Source: Anolis carolinensis (taxonomy: Eukaryota). From it: DNA of 64,000 nucleotides. The notes below the pieces were generated by a model. It saw nothing but the letters and a program-made list of their open reading frames with translations, was not told the origin of the DNA and ran no database searches. Positions 1 to 12,990 of this stretch are shown in pieces; the stretch's first letter is position 1, and each line of letters starts with the position of its first letter. A program made the translations under genes and the position numbers. The stretch spans positions 226,192,107 through 226,256,106 of the forward strand of contig NC_085844.1 in the NCBI RefSeq assembly GCF_035594765.1, given 5' to 3'.

Positions 1-580
1 CTCATTATTGATTTGGGCCAGATAAAAGGGCTGTTCTACCACTTGTTTAGGTTTGTGCAGGTTTTATGACTCTTGTTCCGAGGAGTTTCAATGTGTTTGG
101 TTTTGCCTTATTCTCCCAGGTCTCCTATTGACATTGGCTGTGCTAAGTGATGTGTGTGTCAATGCCACTCCAGGAAGCACTAGCGTCTGGCAGCCTTATG
201 ACCTAATCCTACTTCTCCATTTTCCTATTTTCATTGTTGTTACCACCTCTGACACACCCAACCCTCAACCTCAGGCTTTTCATGCTAAAGAAATATGAGC
301 GTAACCTTTACCTCAGAGTATGAAAATAATCCAGAGGATTCCTTTCAGTGGTAGCTGATAAAGTGAAGAAACAAAGGTTAAGCTTTGTCTCATCCCAGAT
401 CTGCAAGTGTCAAGTGAAGGAAGCAGAATCCTTGAGCCAAAACATAGTTAGGAGCAGTAACATGGAAGTGAGGGGACCAAGCCGAGATAGAGAATGGGGA
501 AACATCTTGGTGAAATTTGTTTTTGTTGTATTATATATTGCTTTGTTTAATTCACAGTAACAAATTAATGGTGCTCTAGG

Positions 581-717
581 CAGTCATGCTGGCCACATGA
601 CCTTGGAGGTGTCTACAGACAACGCCGGCTCTTCAGCTTAGAAATGGAGATGAGCACCAACCCCCAGAGTTGGACACGACTAGACTTAATGTCAGGGGAA
701 AATCTTTACCTTTACCT
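581..717 (+). mobile_element. Sauria SINE, 3' part
   Basis: GCCACATGACCTTGGAGG...GGACACGACT...(ACCTTT)n tail. Confidence 0.85.
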
Positions 718-727
718 GTATATAATA

Positions 728-1181
728 CTAGCTGTGCCCAGCCACGTGTTGCTGTGGCAAAGTGGTGGTGGTATTGGTTAAAAATTGTTGTGTAATTTTT
801 ATTTGATGTTATTTGCATTTTTTAATTAATTTTATTGTAAGTTATATTTTTATTTATTATATTTCATTATTTTCTTGTATTATTTTTAGTTATTTTCTGT
901 TATTATAGTATTTTATTGTATCAATTTTTAGTGTTTTTTATTATTTTTTATTGGGTTGCTAGGAGACCAAGTTGGAGGAGCTTAGCCTTCTAACTGGCAG
1001 CAATTGGATAAAAGCAATTATTCCTCTCTCTCTAATTAGGACTTTATTTTTCTTTTCTTTTTGTTGTATCAACCTAGAGGCATGGATGATGGGTTGTGTT
1101 GTCAAATTTCGAGGTTGGGGGGCCTGTAGTTTTGTTGTTTTGTGGGTCGCCGTGATGCCATCACTCTTTTATATATATAGA
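728..1181 (-). mobile_element. Non-autonomous Helitron
   Basis: Minus strand begins TC(TATATATATAAAAGAG) and ends CTAG; subterminal hairpin GCCAC...GTGGC; inserted between A and T with no TSD. Confidence 0.85.
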
Positions 1182-3192
1182 TGATACGACATTCGCAAAA
1201 GCATTTGCAACCATCACAGTCTGAGCCCTTTAGGTGACTGTTTTTTCAGAATACATGCATATGTGACCAGAGGCAAATGTATTTGAAATATGGTGAGAGC
1301 ACATGAAGCACTGCCTTTCTCTGAACGGGCTTCATGCTGATGTTATGTAGACAATGATGATATCAACTGCTACATTTTGCAGTGTTTGCAAAAATACCAC
1401 TAGTCAGTTAAAATGGCACTGATTGTAAAAGGAAGAGAGAGCAAGTCATATCAGAAAGGCTGTGTTCTCTGTTCAATATCTGTAGCTTTTCTCTTTCTGT
1501 AGCTAAGCACATGCACACAGAAAGCACAAAAAGGTTGTTCAGAAAAATCAAGCTGCCTCTATAAGAAGAAAGGTGGGATATACATGTGAAATAAATATTG
1601 AAACTATCTGATGTGACTCCTTTTAACAGCTCAGTCAGCCAGGCAATTACAGAAATGTGCAAAATTATCCAGAAAATGTCAAGTTTTCTTGAACACCACT
1701 CGCTCTTCCTCAAATGATGGAGAAAAATCACTAGGGAGAAAAATCTTCAAATTTTCTCATTGACTTTACAAGGATGGACACAGTTAGGATTTTACCTTCC
1801 TAGATATTTGCTAGGAAATATGTCCAGTTAAGGAACCATTCTACCATGCTCTGTTTTGAAAGCATCTTTGCCAACAGGATCATCACTTGTTTTGAAGTTT
1901 CTTGCAATTATGGAGTGCTATTAAAAAGCCTATCCTTCCTGTGCCATTTGCGTATGTATCTATGGATTAACCTACAATAGTCACTGTATAAGTACTTTAT
2001 CGACAATTGTTGTAGGATTAACAACATTTACTCAATGCACCAATTGAGCAAGTCAGAAGGACATGTATAATCCACATTTTGTGTCCTGTTTGTTCCCTTT
2101 CCTTGAAGAATTCAACTTATTGCAACAAAAAAAGTTTTTGCTCTGGAGACATGGTGATTTTGGCCATCTCTCCCTTACCACCAGGCAGAACTAAGAAAGC
2201 TACCTTTTTACTGTTAACTCCCAGAATTCCTCACCTAGGATGGGGAATTGTAGTGCAAAATAATACATTTTGCATATGCTACATCCTAATATAAAAATAG
2301 CTTGAAAAATCCTATAACAGCCTTCTGAAACCATAATTCCACCAAAAACAGCAACTGCACAGACATTGTTAGGCCAAGAGCATGATATTTTAGCATCTGC
2401 AAATGGCAAATTAGCCAGGCAACTACAGTAAACCCTCCACAATTCAAGATTTGATTGTTTGCAAATTTGATTATTGTGTTATCTCTCGGAATCTCTGGTT
2501 CCTTCAGTAGAAATCTGTGGCTGACTTCCAATAGAAGCTGACTATATAGTTTTGCTGAAGCATCTACAGATTTCTGGGGAGAGCACTTCTCTAGGCATTT
2601 ATAGGTCTTCCAGAATGATTTTTTTGGAAGGTGGCCATAGAGTTGTGCTGGGGGACCTGGAAATTCCTAGAGAGGAGTTTGCCTCTGGTTAAAAAACATT
2701 CTTATTTATTTGTTCCACTTTCACAGGAGTACTATGTCCCTTTCTTGTGCCGCTAACCCCAGCAAATATTGAGAGATTGAAGTAATTTGCCAAAACACAG
2801 AGAGGAAAAACAGCAGTTTCCTTGGACAGGGCAGTCATGTGCCTTGACTTTCTCCAAGAGCTGTCTAAGGGCCCTTCTACACAGGCCCAAACCTGGGAGG
2901 AACTGGGTTTTTAAAACCCAGTTCCTCCTGGGTTTCTGTGTCCAACCCTAACCCAAACCCTGGGTGTTCCCTCAGGGGATGGCATCCAGCCCCTCACCAC
3001 AGCCTCCTGTTTTCCCCTCCAAAACTTACCCAAGGGGCCTGCCAATGGTGAAAATGACATGTCAGAAGTTGGTACAGTCAACCGTCCACATTCGTGCATT
3101 TCATTTTTGTGGATTTGATTAATAGGTTCTCTTTATGAATCTCTAGATTCTCCAGGGCAAGTCTGTGGTCAACTTTGAGGGGCCTAGAGATT

Positions 3193-3264
3193 CTAGGACT
3201 GGATCTACATTGCCATATAATGCAGCTCAAATTACATTATATGGCAATGTAGATCCAGCCCTAG
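3193..3264. mobile_element. Tiny palindromic MITE (PIF/Harbinger-like TCTACACTGCCATATAA family) nested in an older MITE
   Basis: Perfect 24-bp arms at 3199-3222 and 3235-3258; relatives at about 4022-4095, 25286-25436, 28934-29080, 31853-31979, 45196-45300 and 62835-62935. Confidence 0.7.
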
Positions 3265-5310
3265 AGAGGTGTTTTCTCACTTTTGGAGGAATAAAAAAAA
3301 CAACAACTCTCTTTTGCAGTTTTTTTTTTTTTTTGCGGGAGTAAAAAATAGTGTTTTTGTTATGGTTTTTCCCCCTCCATTTTTGCAGGAATGCCAAAAG
3401 AGGAGAGTCTATGTAAAAAACCCCTCTTTAAACCACTCTGGGAGTTTGTTTGGATTAAGCATGGGAAAATGTTGGGGATGGGAGAATGTTTTTAGTCAGA
3501 CAGAGGCAACTTGTAGCCCTAGTCAACAGACCTTCAGGTAAGTGGCTATGGGAGTCATCAACAATTGAAGAGCAACATTAAAAAAATAGATTCTGTTCCC
3601 ATAAAAACCTGGTAAAAAGTCTTTTCTCCGTTACTGAAAGGAGAGCAATTCTATCCTGATGGTGGTAGCAACAATTGTTGCCTTAATTCTTCACAGTCCA
3701 TCAAACACACACGTGTCTTTGCCTTCAAATTGCCTATTGATTTGTGGAGACTTCAAGGATTTCATTGGGTTTTCTTGGACAAGAAACACTCAGAGGTAGT
3801 TTTGCCAGTTACTTCCTTTGAAACATAGGCTATGGCACATGGTTTTCATTCTTGGCCTCCTATCAAAATATAAACCAGGGTTGACCAACAAACAAAAACA
3901 CACAGTCCCTCATAAATATAATCATTATATAATGTAATGTACATGCCCTCAATGATCTAATGTAATGTACGTGTCTTCAGCTGTCAGTTTTTGCAATCTT
4001 TGAATTTCATAGGGTATTCTTAGGCTGGATCTACACTGCCATATAACCCAGTTTCTGAATCCTGATTATCTGCTTTGAACTGGATTAGATGGCATTAGTC
4101 AAAGTCATCCAGAAAATCATTAGGCTATAAATTTAAACAACAGGTGCAACCATTTCCCTGATGCTTCAGTGGCAAATGCTTAGCCGAAAAGTAAGCGGTA
4201 GAAGCAGAACTGAGAAGATTTCTAACCCTGAGTGGTTTTCATAAATGAAATAGTTAAGATCCAATGTGGTGTAGTAGTTTGGATTTAATTGTCAGAGGGA
4301 CCATGATTTAAATCCTCACTCAGCCATGAAAACCCACTCGGTCACTTTGGACAACTCACACTGTCTGGTAACGATGGACAACGGAAAGGCACATATAAAC
4401 AACCACAATTGAAGGATGATAACATAATAACACCGCCCTGAGTCTCCTTGGGGAGATAGGGCATGGATAAAAGTAAAGTTTTATTTATTTATTATTATAT
4501 AAGTGCATCAACTTGAAAATCACTTAATATCTAAAGCAGCATTAGAGGCATCAATGTCTTGGGGCTATAGAAGATGGTTACCATGCCATCACTATGCTTC
4601 AGGATACCATGCCATCACTATGCTTCAATTACTCTATATTAGGAGGTTTCCTCCACTAAATCTTACCTTAGCTTGGAAAATAAATTTGTGGATTTTCCCA
4701 ACATAGAAACAAAACCAAAGCAAAAAGAGAGAGACTTATTCAGGAAAAACACTTAAATGAAAGAAAACAGATAAATCTGAACTCCAGTTCTTGAGAAAGA
4801 ATAGTATATTTAACATAGCTCCATTTATCTTACAATTAAAAACATTAAATGTAATGCTTGATAGCTTGGAGATTGATTTCATAATTCTCCATATTAAACA
4901 GATAGACATGAGAAAAGCATTCAGCAGCATCCATCAAAGTTTTTCCTATGGCAAAGAAATTAAATATGTTGAGTTTATGTTTTCATTTTTTTGCTCTTCT
5001 GAGAGAACTCCCTAACGCCTTTTGTGGGAAACCTGCTTATCACAATTATACCTGCTGCCACTTTTGACTAGTTGCAGCTTAGGTGTGAAGGAGAGGGTCA
5101 ATGAACAGAGAAAACCTGATGTTTATCATTACCAACCCAACCCTCCCATTGAGGCAACCCTTGGCCTGAAAAGTTGCAGGGCTCCCTTTTTGCTTGGGCT
5201 ATGGGCATGTCATATTTTCCTTGACAACATCTGTCAGAGAGGATAATTCACAACCATGCTACCAATCTATTGGTGAGATCCTTGGACTGCTGACATAGGG
5301 AAGAAAGAAG

Positions 5311-5407
5311 ACAACCTCTGAGGATGCCTGCCATAGATGTGGGCGAAACGTCAGGAGAGAATGCTTCTGGAACATGGCCGTACAGCTCAGAAAACTCACA
5401 GCAACCC
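5311..5407 (+). mobile_element. Penelope-like element pLTR fragment
   Basis: Same sequence as the 3' end of the PLE at 48560-49135; further copies at 8328-8426 and 62941-63050. Confidence 0.8.
5313..5357 (+). ncRNA. Minimal type I hammerhead ribozyme motif in a Penelope pLTR copy
   Basis: CCT-CTGAGGA-T-GCCTGC(catagat)GTGGGC-GAAAC-GTC^AGG: intact CUGANGA/GAAA core, stem II, palindromic ACGT stem III and GUC cleavage triplet. Confidence 0.75.
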
Positions 5408-5762
5408 TAGAGGATAGCTGATTGCATACTTGCTCCAACAGACACTTAGGTTGTAGATCAAGCCATACTTATCCATTCAAAGCAAACCTGCTTTAAGTAT
5501 GCTAAGCAGTATATTGAACTTTACACTGGGAACATGGTATTTTTCTTCAAGAGACTTATATGAGGAAAAGAGACTGTTGACTTTTGGAGAATAGAAGCGT
5601 GGCCCTAGAGTTCATGCTTGCAAACAAGAACAAAATATATAAAACTGAAGATTATGCCTTTCATTCATTTTCAAAGATGGGCAAGAGAAATGTACCTCAT
5701 ATAATTGTGGATATTAACTGGAATGGCAAGACACAGAACCAAAGGGATAATTTAATGGTCTC

Positions 5763-5799
<37 letters not shown>

Positions 5800-6019
5800 T
5801 TTTATTTATACCTTGCCTCCATCTCCCATGGTGCCATACAACATATAAGGTGCAGTACAACAACGTATAAGATCCATAACACAGTAGATAAAACCAACAT
5901 ATAAAATTAATGAAAGTAACCTCTAGGTTTGCAACTATCTTAAACAATGTCAAAATCCTACTGAAACAACCAAGTTTTTAGCTCTTTCTGAAAGTGCTGT
6001 AGTGTAGAGGCTTGCCTGA

Positions 6020-6353
6020 TAATGAGAAATGAACGTTTTATGAAAATCTGTTAAAAACGACATATGAACTAAACTTACAAAATTGAATTTACATGGACAA
6101 TTGGAATGGAGTCATTGATCCCAATAAAGATAAATATTCCATTATAGGTATTAAATAAGATCAAAGAAACCTGAACTTCATTTGACTATATAGCATATTT
6201 TGATTTAAGAAATGGTTGGAGGCATCTGCAGCCAAATTTCTAGACATTACACTTTCTTTCAGATCATCACAAATCTTTCTCCAGAATAAATAGGTTCTGG
6301 ATTTTTAAGAATATGGCTTACTTTAAAAAGTGCATGGACATTTTACCATTTAA

Positions 6354-6425
<72 letters not shown>

Positions 6426-6720
6426 ATAAATCAGATCATAACCCTACCATGATATCCTTAAAAACTGAACAAACGCAATTGAGATGGAAACTTAATGAAT
6501 ATTTATATTCAAAATGTAAATATTACAAAAATGTAAACAAAAATTAAGGTTTACATTTCTGTACTATTTGAGCTGAATGTAAACAGGGGTACAGGGCAAA
6601 CAACTATTTAGGGTGCAAACAAATTATAAAATATGAATCCAAACCGAATAAGGAAAGGGAAGCTAAAAGGGGAGAGTTTTGATTTCACAAAATCTTAATT
6701 TGCTCCAAGAGCATGGCCAA
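6020..6720 (+). mobile_element. Degenerate L1-like ORF2 endonuclease fragment interrupted by (AAT)n at 6354-6421
   Basis: Broken APE-type motifs (NGVIDP, WR..., YTFF..HHKSFSRI, SDHNP, WKLN) in an A-rich segment. Confidence 0.55.
6354..6421. repeat. (AAT)n microsatellite
   Basis: Direct reading; others at 30231-30272, 40263-40304 and 41211-41257. Confidence 0.95.
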
Positions 6721-8781
6721 TCTAGGATTCAAACTATGGACTCCGGAGCTGTAACCCAATGTTGAAGCCACTCCACCACATTAACTCTGTGACATATGAA
6801 AGGAATACATCACATTACCTCCTCTGACCTGCTCTGAATCTCTAGGCTATTTCAAACTCTTATAATTATAGATTTCAGAGAATGAACATGGATCAGCCTT
6901 CATGCAAGACATTGGCTTTGCTCCTGAGCTGTAGCCTCCTTCCTATGAGGTTCAGATTTTGAAGTTATTTTAATGCCTATGGTACATTAATGCCTATGGT
7001 GCATTAAATTGTTGTTTTTAACTGCCTAATGTAATTAAGGCTTCTTCTAGTGCTCTTCAGCTATCTCTCTTCCCAAATACACATACAAGGAGTTCAGCCT
7101 TATATCAGTTCATGCTGAACAAAGATCTTCCATAATTCCTTTCCAGTCTTCCCTTGGCAGTAGGCCTTTTGGATGACCTGAGCCCATCCTCTGCTCTCCT
7201 TCATCTTATATTTGGATAACTTCGTAACCTATCTGTTTAAGAGGACTGTTGTCCTTCTGCCAGCTCTGCTGCCTTTGCTCCTGAAGCATCATCTCAATCT
7301 CTCTGTTTTTTTGTTTTTTGTTTTGTTTCCTTCTGCAAGTCCAGACTCAGCTAGACTTGGCAGGCTTTCCTCATGACCAGTGTTTAAATAAGAAGAGCCT
7401 GCGGAAGAAACATAGAGAGTGCTTGCCTTTTTAAATCCCTTGAAACAGATGGCAAAGAGATGGAGCTGGCTGCTGGGATGTCAAGACTAGAATGAGGATT
7501 TGAGGCCCTTTCACACTACACAATTATAGTGTCATTATCCAATTGAGTCCCATATCACTCGCCTATAGTTTTTTGTAGTTTAGGATAGGGTATTTAAATT
7601 TATTATCTAAAGACTTCTAGCACCTTGCTAATCCACAAGACCCAGGATTTCATAGGATCTATAGATAACAGTTGCTATAAAAGCAATTATAATATAGTGC
7701 CATCAATATGCATGGTACATCACAGAATAAAACAACAAAAAGACAGCCTTCCTAAAGATGTACTACCTACCTACCTACCTATCAGTCTATGTATGTATCT
7801 ATGAATAAGAAGGATTGATACAAATATAAAAGTAATACAATCTGTGAAACAAATTACAGTATATGAATATACAGTACATTCAAAAACCCACATGATACAC
7901 TATAAAACAAAATATATAAGAAAATGAAAGTCAATTAAATTAAAAGCTTAGAAAGGCAACAAATGAAGTTCACACACATTCAAGGAGACAATTCCAGGAA
8001 TATAGAGCAGCAAGTGAAAAAGACTGAAACAAAGCCAAAACAGAAGGAACTCTTGCTTGAATTAGAAGCCTAAAGTTCCTAGAACAAAGCTGGTAAAGAG
8101 AAACAAAGGCTGAAAGATAGGGGAGAACTGGGTCATGTAGAGTTTCAAAAAATAAAACAAGAAACCTGTGTATATGTGTGCCTTTAAAAAAAACTCCATG
8201 ATTTTCATTTCAAGTACACCCAAAAGTCATTTTGCTCGGTCTCTTCATGGAAATACAGCCTATAGCATCTGTAAAGTGGCAAATATATCTCTTTTACAAG
8301 ATCAGCTATGCTGCAAAACTGATTTTCTTCACAACCTCTGAGGATGCGTGCTAAAGATGTGGGTGAAATGTCAGGAGATAATGCTTCTTGAACATGGCCA
8401 TACAGCCTGGAAAACTCACAGCAACTTAATTTTTCTAGTTTGATAAGAGGTATAGGAACCTTTCTTCTTTTTAATCCAGGTATTTTCTTGTGGCAAACTG
8501 CGAAGATACTGATGTTTTTAAATGTATTCGTAACTCTATATTGAAGTCCTCCTTAAAAAAAACAACTAATTCCAGTACAATCTGAATGTCACCACTGTAT
8601 TTCGTAATTAAGCTTACACTCGCAAACCTTTTCAATGGAAGAACGGTCCTGTGGTCAGGATTTCTTTACAAATATGCTGCCTAGAAGTTAAACTCAGAAG
8701 TTCAACTAGGCTTATTCTCAAGTAAATCAATGATGGATTGTGCATGTATATATCTGACTTCATATGTTACAGCGATATTTA

Positions 8782-9128
8782 CAAGTTGAATATTCCTTAT
8801 CTGTAATACTCGGGACCAGAAGTGTCTGATATTTTGGATTTTTTTCAGATTTTGGAATGCCTATATTTGCACTTAAATACCTACATACTGAGATATCTTG
8901 TAGATGGGGTCCAAGTTGAAAAACAAAATTCATTTATGTTTCGTATGCACTTTAAAACCCATAGTTGGAAGTTAACTTTATACAATACTTTTGATAATTT
9001 TGTGCATGAAACAAAAATGATGTGTTCCGAACTATCAGAAAGCAAAGATATCATTACCTCAGACACACATGTGGACAATTTTCATTTAGTTCACATTTCA
9101 GGATTCTGGATAAAAGATTCCCAACCTG
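8782..9128. mobile_element. Tigger/pogo-like MITE
   Basis: TA-flanked, degenerate CAGGTTGAGTATCCCTTATC-type TIRs; related cluster at about 56180-56869. Confidence 0.7.
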
Positions 9129-9787
9129 TACCAATTTTAAAATCTTCCTTGAAATCTTAATAATTATAATAATAAAGCTTTATTTATATCCTACCCCCTC
9201 TCCCCAAAGGGACTTGGGCGGCTTGATTCTGCCAGTCTCCTATGGGGTCACACAAAAATACACACAAGCTGAACCTCATTGTTAGTCCTGACTACAGCAT
9301 ATCTATTGAATCAGTGGTGTTGACTTACATGTTGCAATTCAACAATTCATTCAGCGAGTCTATGCTAGTTGAAATGAATGTATAGGATTCAGGAATCCAC
9401 TCTAAGATTGGAGGATCCCAGACCGATCGCATGTAATAATTATATTTTGTTCTGCAAACTTTTCCTAACACAGAATTGGAAAAAAAGATGAAAAACTTTG
9501 ACTTGTTGTTTCAGATAGTTCACTCTTATTTAGGTCAACAGACATGGCCCCTGTTTCTTCAACTGAAGAACTGAAGAAAGCAACATATGTTGAAATCCAC
9601 CACGTGTACAGCCTACAAATGCATTTTGGACCAGGGCATAAAGGTCTTCATGCCAGATCCAACCCTCATGTGTGTGTGAGATAGTTATGCCCTCATTGTA
9701 GACTGCCCTGCCCACATCTCAATTTCTTCTGTACTCTTTCTCATCGGCAGCAAGAAAAGGAGAGAGGATAATAACTCATGTACTCAC

Positions 9788-9836
9788 CAAACGGTGCTTC
9801 CATCTTAGGACTTAGCGGTGTAGTTGCATTGACCAT
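9788..9836 (-). CDS. HNF4A: HNF4A P2-isoform first coding exon (exon 1D); the rest of the gene lies off the left end of the window
   Basis: Minus strand reads ATG GTC AAT GCA ACT ACA CCG CTA AGT CCT AAG ATG GAA GCA CCG TTT G|GTGAGT = MVNATTPLSPKMEAPF plus 1 nt. This has the same 16-codon+1 structure as the recalled human exon 1D (MVSVNAPLGAPVESSY/D). It has a consensus donor, lies directly downstream of a P2-type promoter, and sits just 3' of R3HDML on the same strand as in mammals. Confidence 0.88.
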
Positions 9837-9939
9837 TTCTCATTGGTGTTATTTTAGAGAAAATGGAGAAAGTGTAAAATAACAAGAAAAAGAAGCTGTG
9901 TGAAGGAGGGAGGGAGGGAGGAAGGGTGAGGAAACCTGC

Positions 9940-10010
9940 CTCGCCTGTTATCTTATTGATTCGCTTAATCAGGCCTAATGTGGGTGGAGATGTTAAATAG
10001 TAACCAAACT
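9940..10010 (-). promoter_or_regulatory. HNF4A: HNF4A P2 core promoter: HNF1 site (9992-10004), PDX1-type TGATTA (9966-9971), ONECUT/HNF6 AATCAATA (9954-9961), GATA AGATAA (9948-9953)
   Basis: Minus strand GGTTACTATTTAACATCTCCACCCACATTAGGCCTGATTAAGCGAATCAATAAGATAAC is collinear with the recalled human P2 promoter (GGTTACTCTTTAAC...CCACCCAC...TGATTA...GAATCAATAAGATAAC). Confidence 0.88.
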
Positions 10011-11696
10011 CATATGGAAACCAACTTGCAAGGTGCCGTCTGCCACGGTAGCTATAGTAACTGCTAGCAAGCTTGAAACTCAAACATGACTTTATGGCAC
10101 ACTTTTGGGATGTCCACTGACACCAGGTTTCAAGCCCCAGGTGACCCTTGCGGCCACAGGTTTGCTTCCCTTCTTATTCTTCTAAACAGATCCAGGACTC
10201 CATAGCCCGGCAGATCCAGGAAACCGCCAGTCGGGAGGTGTGAACTAGGTCAGTTTCACAGCAGCTGAGACATGGGACGTTTTATTGCCTCTGCTGAACA
10301 AACACAGAGAACAAAGACTATGTGTCTGTGTGTGCAAATGCTTGAGGCCCCTCACACCATCCTTGTCAATGTTCTCTGCACATACACCTGAGTATACATT
10401 TGCCTATATGGAAATGCATAGATGTCTGTACATTCATTAGTGTTCATGTACAGAATAACTCGAGTCATCTGGATTTGAGCAATTGGAATGTGTATATCTG
10501 GGGGCTAGTGGCTCTCATGGTTTCAACATTTAGGGACTGCCTTTCAGCCATGTTTCCAGGGCAGTCTTACATAAAAGCAAATAAAACAAATGTACAGTAC
10601 TTCTCAAAACTAAAATCAGTAATGATATCTAAAGAAAATGGGATGGAAGGTGGAATGGGAAAATGGGATGGAAGATGTTGGCATCAAACTAATAAAATAT
10701 AATTCATAATATACATTGTGAAATTCATGGTTCAAAAATGTAACTTTTCCAAAAATGTAACTTTGCAACAGTCTTGGAAAGTTACTTTTTTGAACCACAG
10801 TTCCTCTTATTTTCCAGCCAGCAAAAACAGAATTGGATAGCTGAAGTGCTATCCATCTAACATAGCAGAATCTCAGAGAAGTTACTTTTTTAGACTACAG
10901 CTCAGATACAACTGACTGCAAGTAGGAAGGGGCTGGAACCATCATTTTTCAGTACCTCATCCACTAGTAACACAGATCTTTATCCTTCAGTGCCATGGCT
11001 GCATTTTGAGTTAGATTTGGGGGTGAATTTTTCCAAGTTCTGCATGCTCTCATCGCTTCCAATCACCGAGGCAATTTGATTCAACTACCTGCAAGGAAAG
11101 AAAGCACCAGCCATAGATGTGACATGCTTTATCACACTGGAGCTGAAAGAGTTGGCAAAGAGTATGCATTCCATCTGAAATACTGTGGTTGCCTCCTGCA
11201 GAATTCTGGGGCTTGTAGTTTAGTGAGACCCAGGACCCCTCAGGTTGAGCATTTAAAAGCCCGTCCCCTAAGCTACAAGCCCCATAATTCTTCGGGGGCA
11301 ACCACAGGATTTTAGATGGGGTGCATACTCTTTGCCGGCTCTTTCAGCTCTAGTGTGATCTCATCAACAGTTCTTTAGATCTGCTACCTAAAGTCACCAT
11401 GGACTTTGTACTGTTTTAATGATTTGTTATTGTTTTTACTGATCCTGTGTCAGCCACTCTAGGAGATTCTGTGGATGAAGAATGTGGTAATAAATGCTTA
11501 AAAGAAATGATGAGACTGTTGGATTTGGATGACAGACACCAAAGTTTAAATCCCAATTTGTCTCTAAAGTTCACTGTTTGACACTCAAAATAAATCTGTC
11601 ATCCTAACCTTGTGAAAACAAAGTGAAGAATGGCCATGTATGCCACCCTGAGGTGTTTCATGAAAACTAACAAACAAAAGAAGAAATTCTCCCACA

Positions 11697-11964
11697 TGCT
11701 CTGGAGACTAGAACATGGAGCAATGGATTCACATTGGAGGAAACAAGATTCCACCTAAACATTAAGAAGAACTTCCTGTTGGCAAGAGCTGTTCAGCAGT
11801 GGAACTCTCTGCACCGGAATGTGGTGGACTCTCCTTCTCTGGAGGTTTTTAAGCAGAAGCTGGATGGCCATCTGTCGGGGGTGCTTTGATTCTATGCTGC
11901 TGCATGGCAGGGGTTGGTCTGGATGGCCCTTGTGGTCTCTTCCAACTATGATTTATGATTCTAT
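11697..11964 (+). mobile_element. CR1 LINE 3' fragment
   Basis: ORF2 C-terminal remnant (RFHLNIKKNF..RAVQQWNSL) and ATTCTATG-type tail. Confidence 0.85.
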
Positions 11965-12984
11965 GAAAAAATACTTCAGAAACTTCTTCCAAATAATTGT
12001 CACAATCTCAGCCATTCATATGGAGGGAGTTCCATTTCGGAGTTCCTCGATTTCTGGTTTTGGCAATATGAATAAGAGATACTTAACCTGTGCAAGACCA
12101 GCACAAATAACAACAACAACAACAACAATAACAACTTTATTTTTGTATCCCGCCTCCATCTCCCCGAAAGGACGTGGGGCGGCTCACATGGGAACAAGCC
12201 CAACAACACAAGTTAAATCACAGAACAATCCATTAAATATATGGAATAGTCAGGAAGGAATTGTAGGCTGATGTAAGAACATTTTGACGGAACGTGTCTG
12301 AATCTGATATGTACAAGTTCAAACATGGTTCTGGCAGAAGGCATAAATAGGAAACTATTTTGGAAGAGTAGCAGCCACCAGAATATGTAGCTTTGAACAA
12401 ACTCAGGAATCAGATTTGACTAGGTTAATACACTGCATTTTTATTAAAAAGAAATTGGTCAAGTATTCATGAAATGCTAAAAAATATTTGACTAGTGTTA
12501 ACAAGTAATGCAAAGAGGTTCAGATGACTCATTGAATGGCAGATAATGAATTCTGTCCTTGAGAACATATCACATGCTTTAAAAATGGTACAGTAAATGC
12601 AAGAAAGGTATTTAGAAACAACTCTTGCCTGGAAAATGATCTACTGGGTTCAGCAATGACCAAATTTGCTTTGAAAATGAGTTGCTTTTTACTACATACA
12701 AAAAACATGTAAATACAGTATCAGAGACATAACAGGTATAATTTAAATGAAAAAGGCTTCCATAGGTAGCTGTATATTTTAAAACACACACAAACACACA
12801 AAAAGCAGTCCCATAAGGGATACACAAATCAGAATTGTGGCCTGCAGTGCAATGAAGTTTAAAAACCTTTTTCCATTCCAAAACTATGGGAACTGCAGGT
12901 GTCGAGGAGAAGTGTAAAAGGTAAAATGAAGGAGAATCCAAACCAAAAGGTCAAGAGAAAGTAGCCTAGGACTTTGTGTGAATA

Positions 12985-12990
12985 TTTATT
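12985..12990 (-). terminator. Candidate polyadenylation signal of R3HDML
   Basis: AATAAA on the minus strand about 115 nt after the stop codon; another occurs near 12440. Confidence 0.4.

Noticed and set aside
4579-4627. 23-bp tandem duplication TACCATGCCATCACTATGCTTCA
   Set aside because: Ordinary slippage duplication with no other signal.
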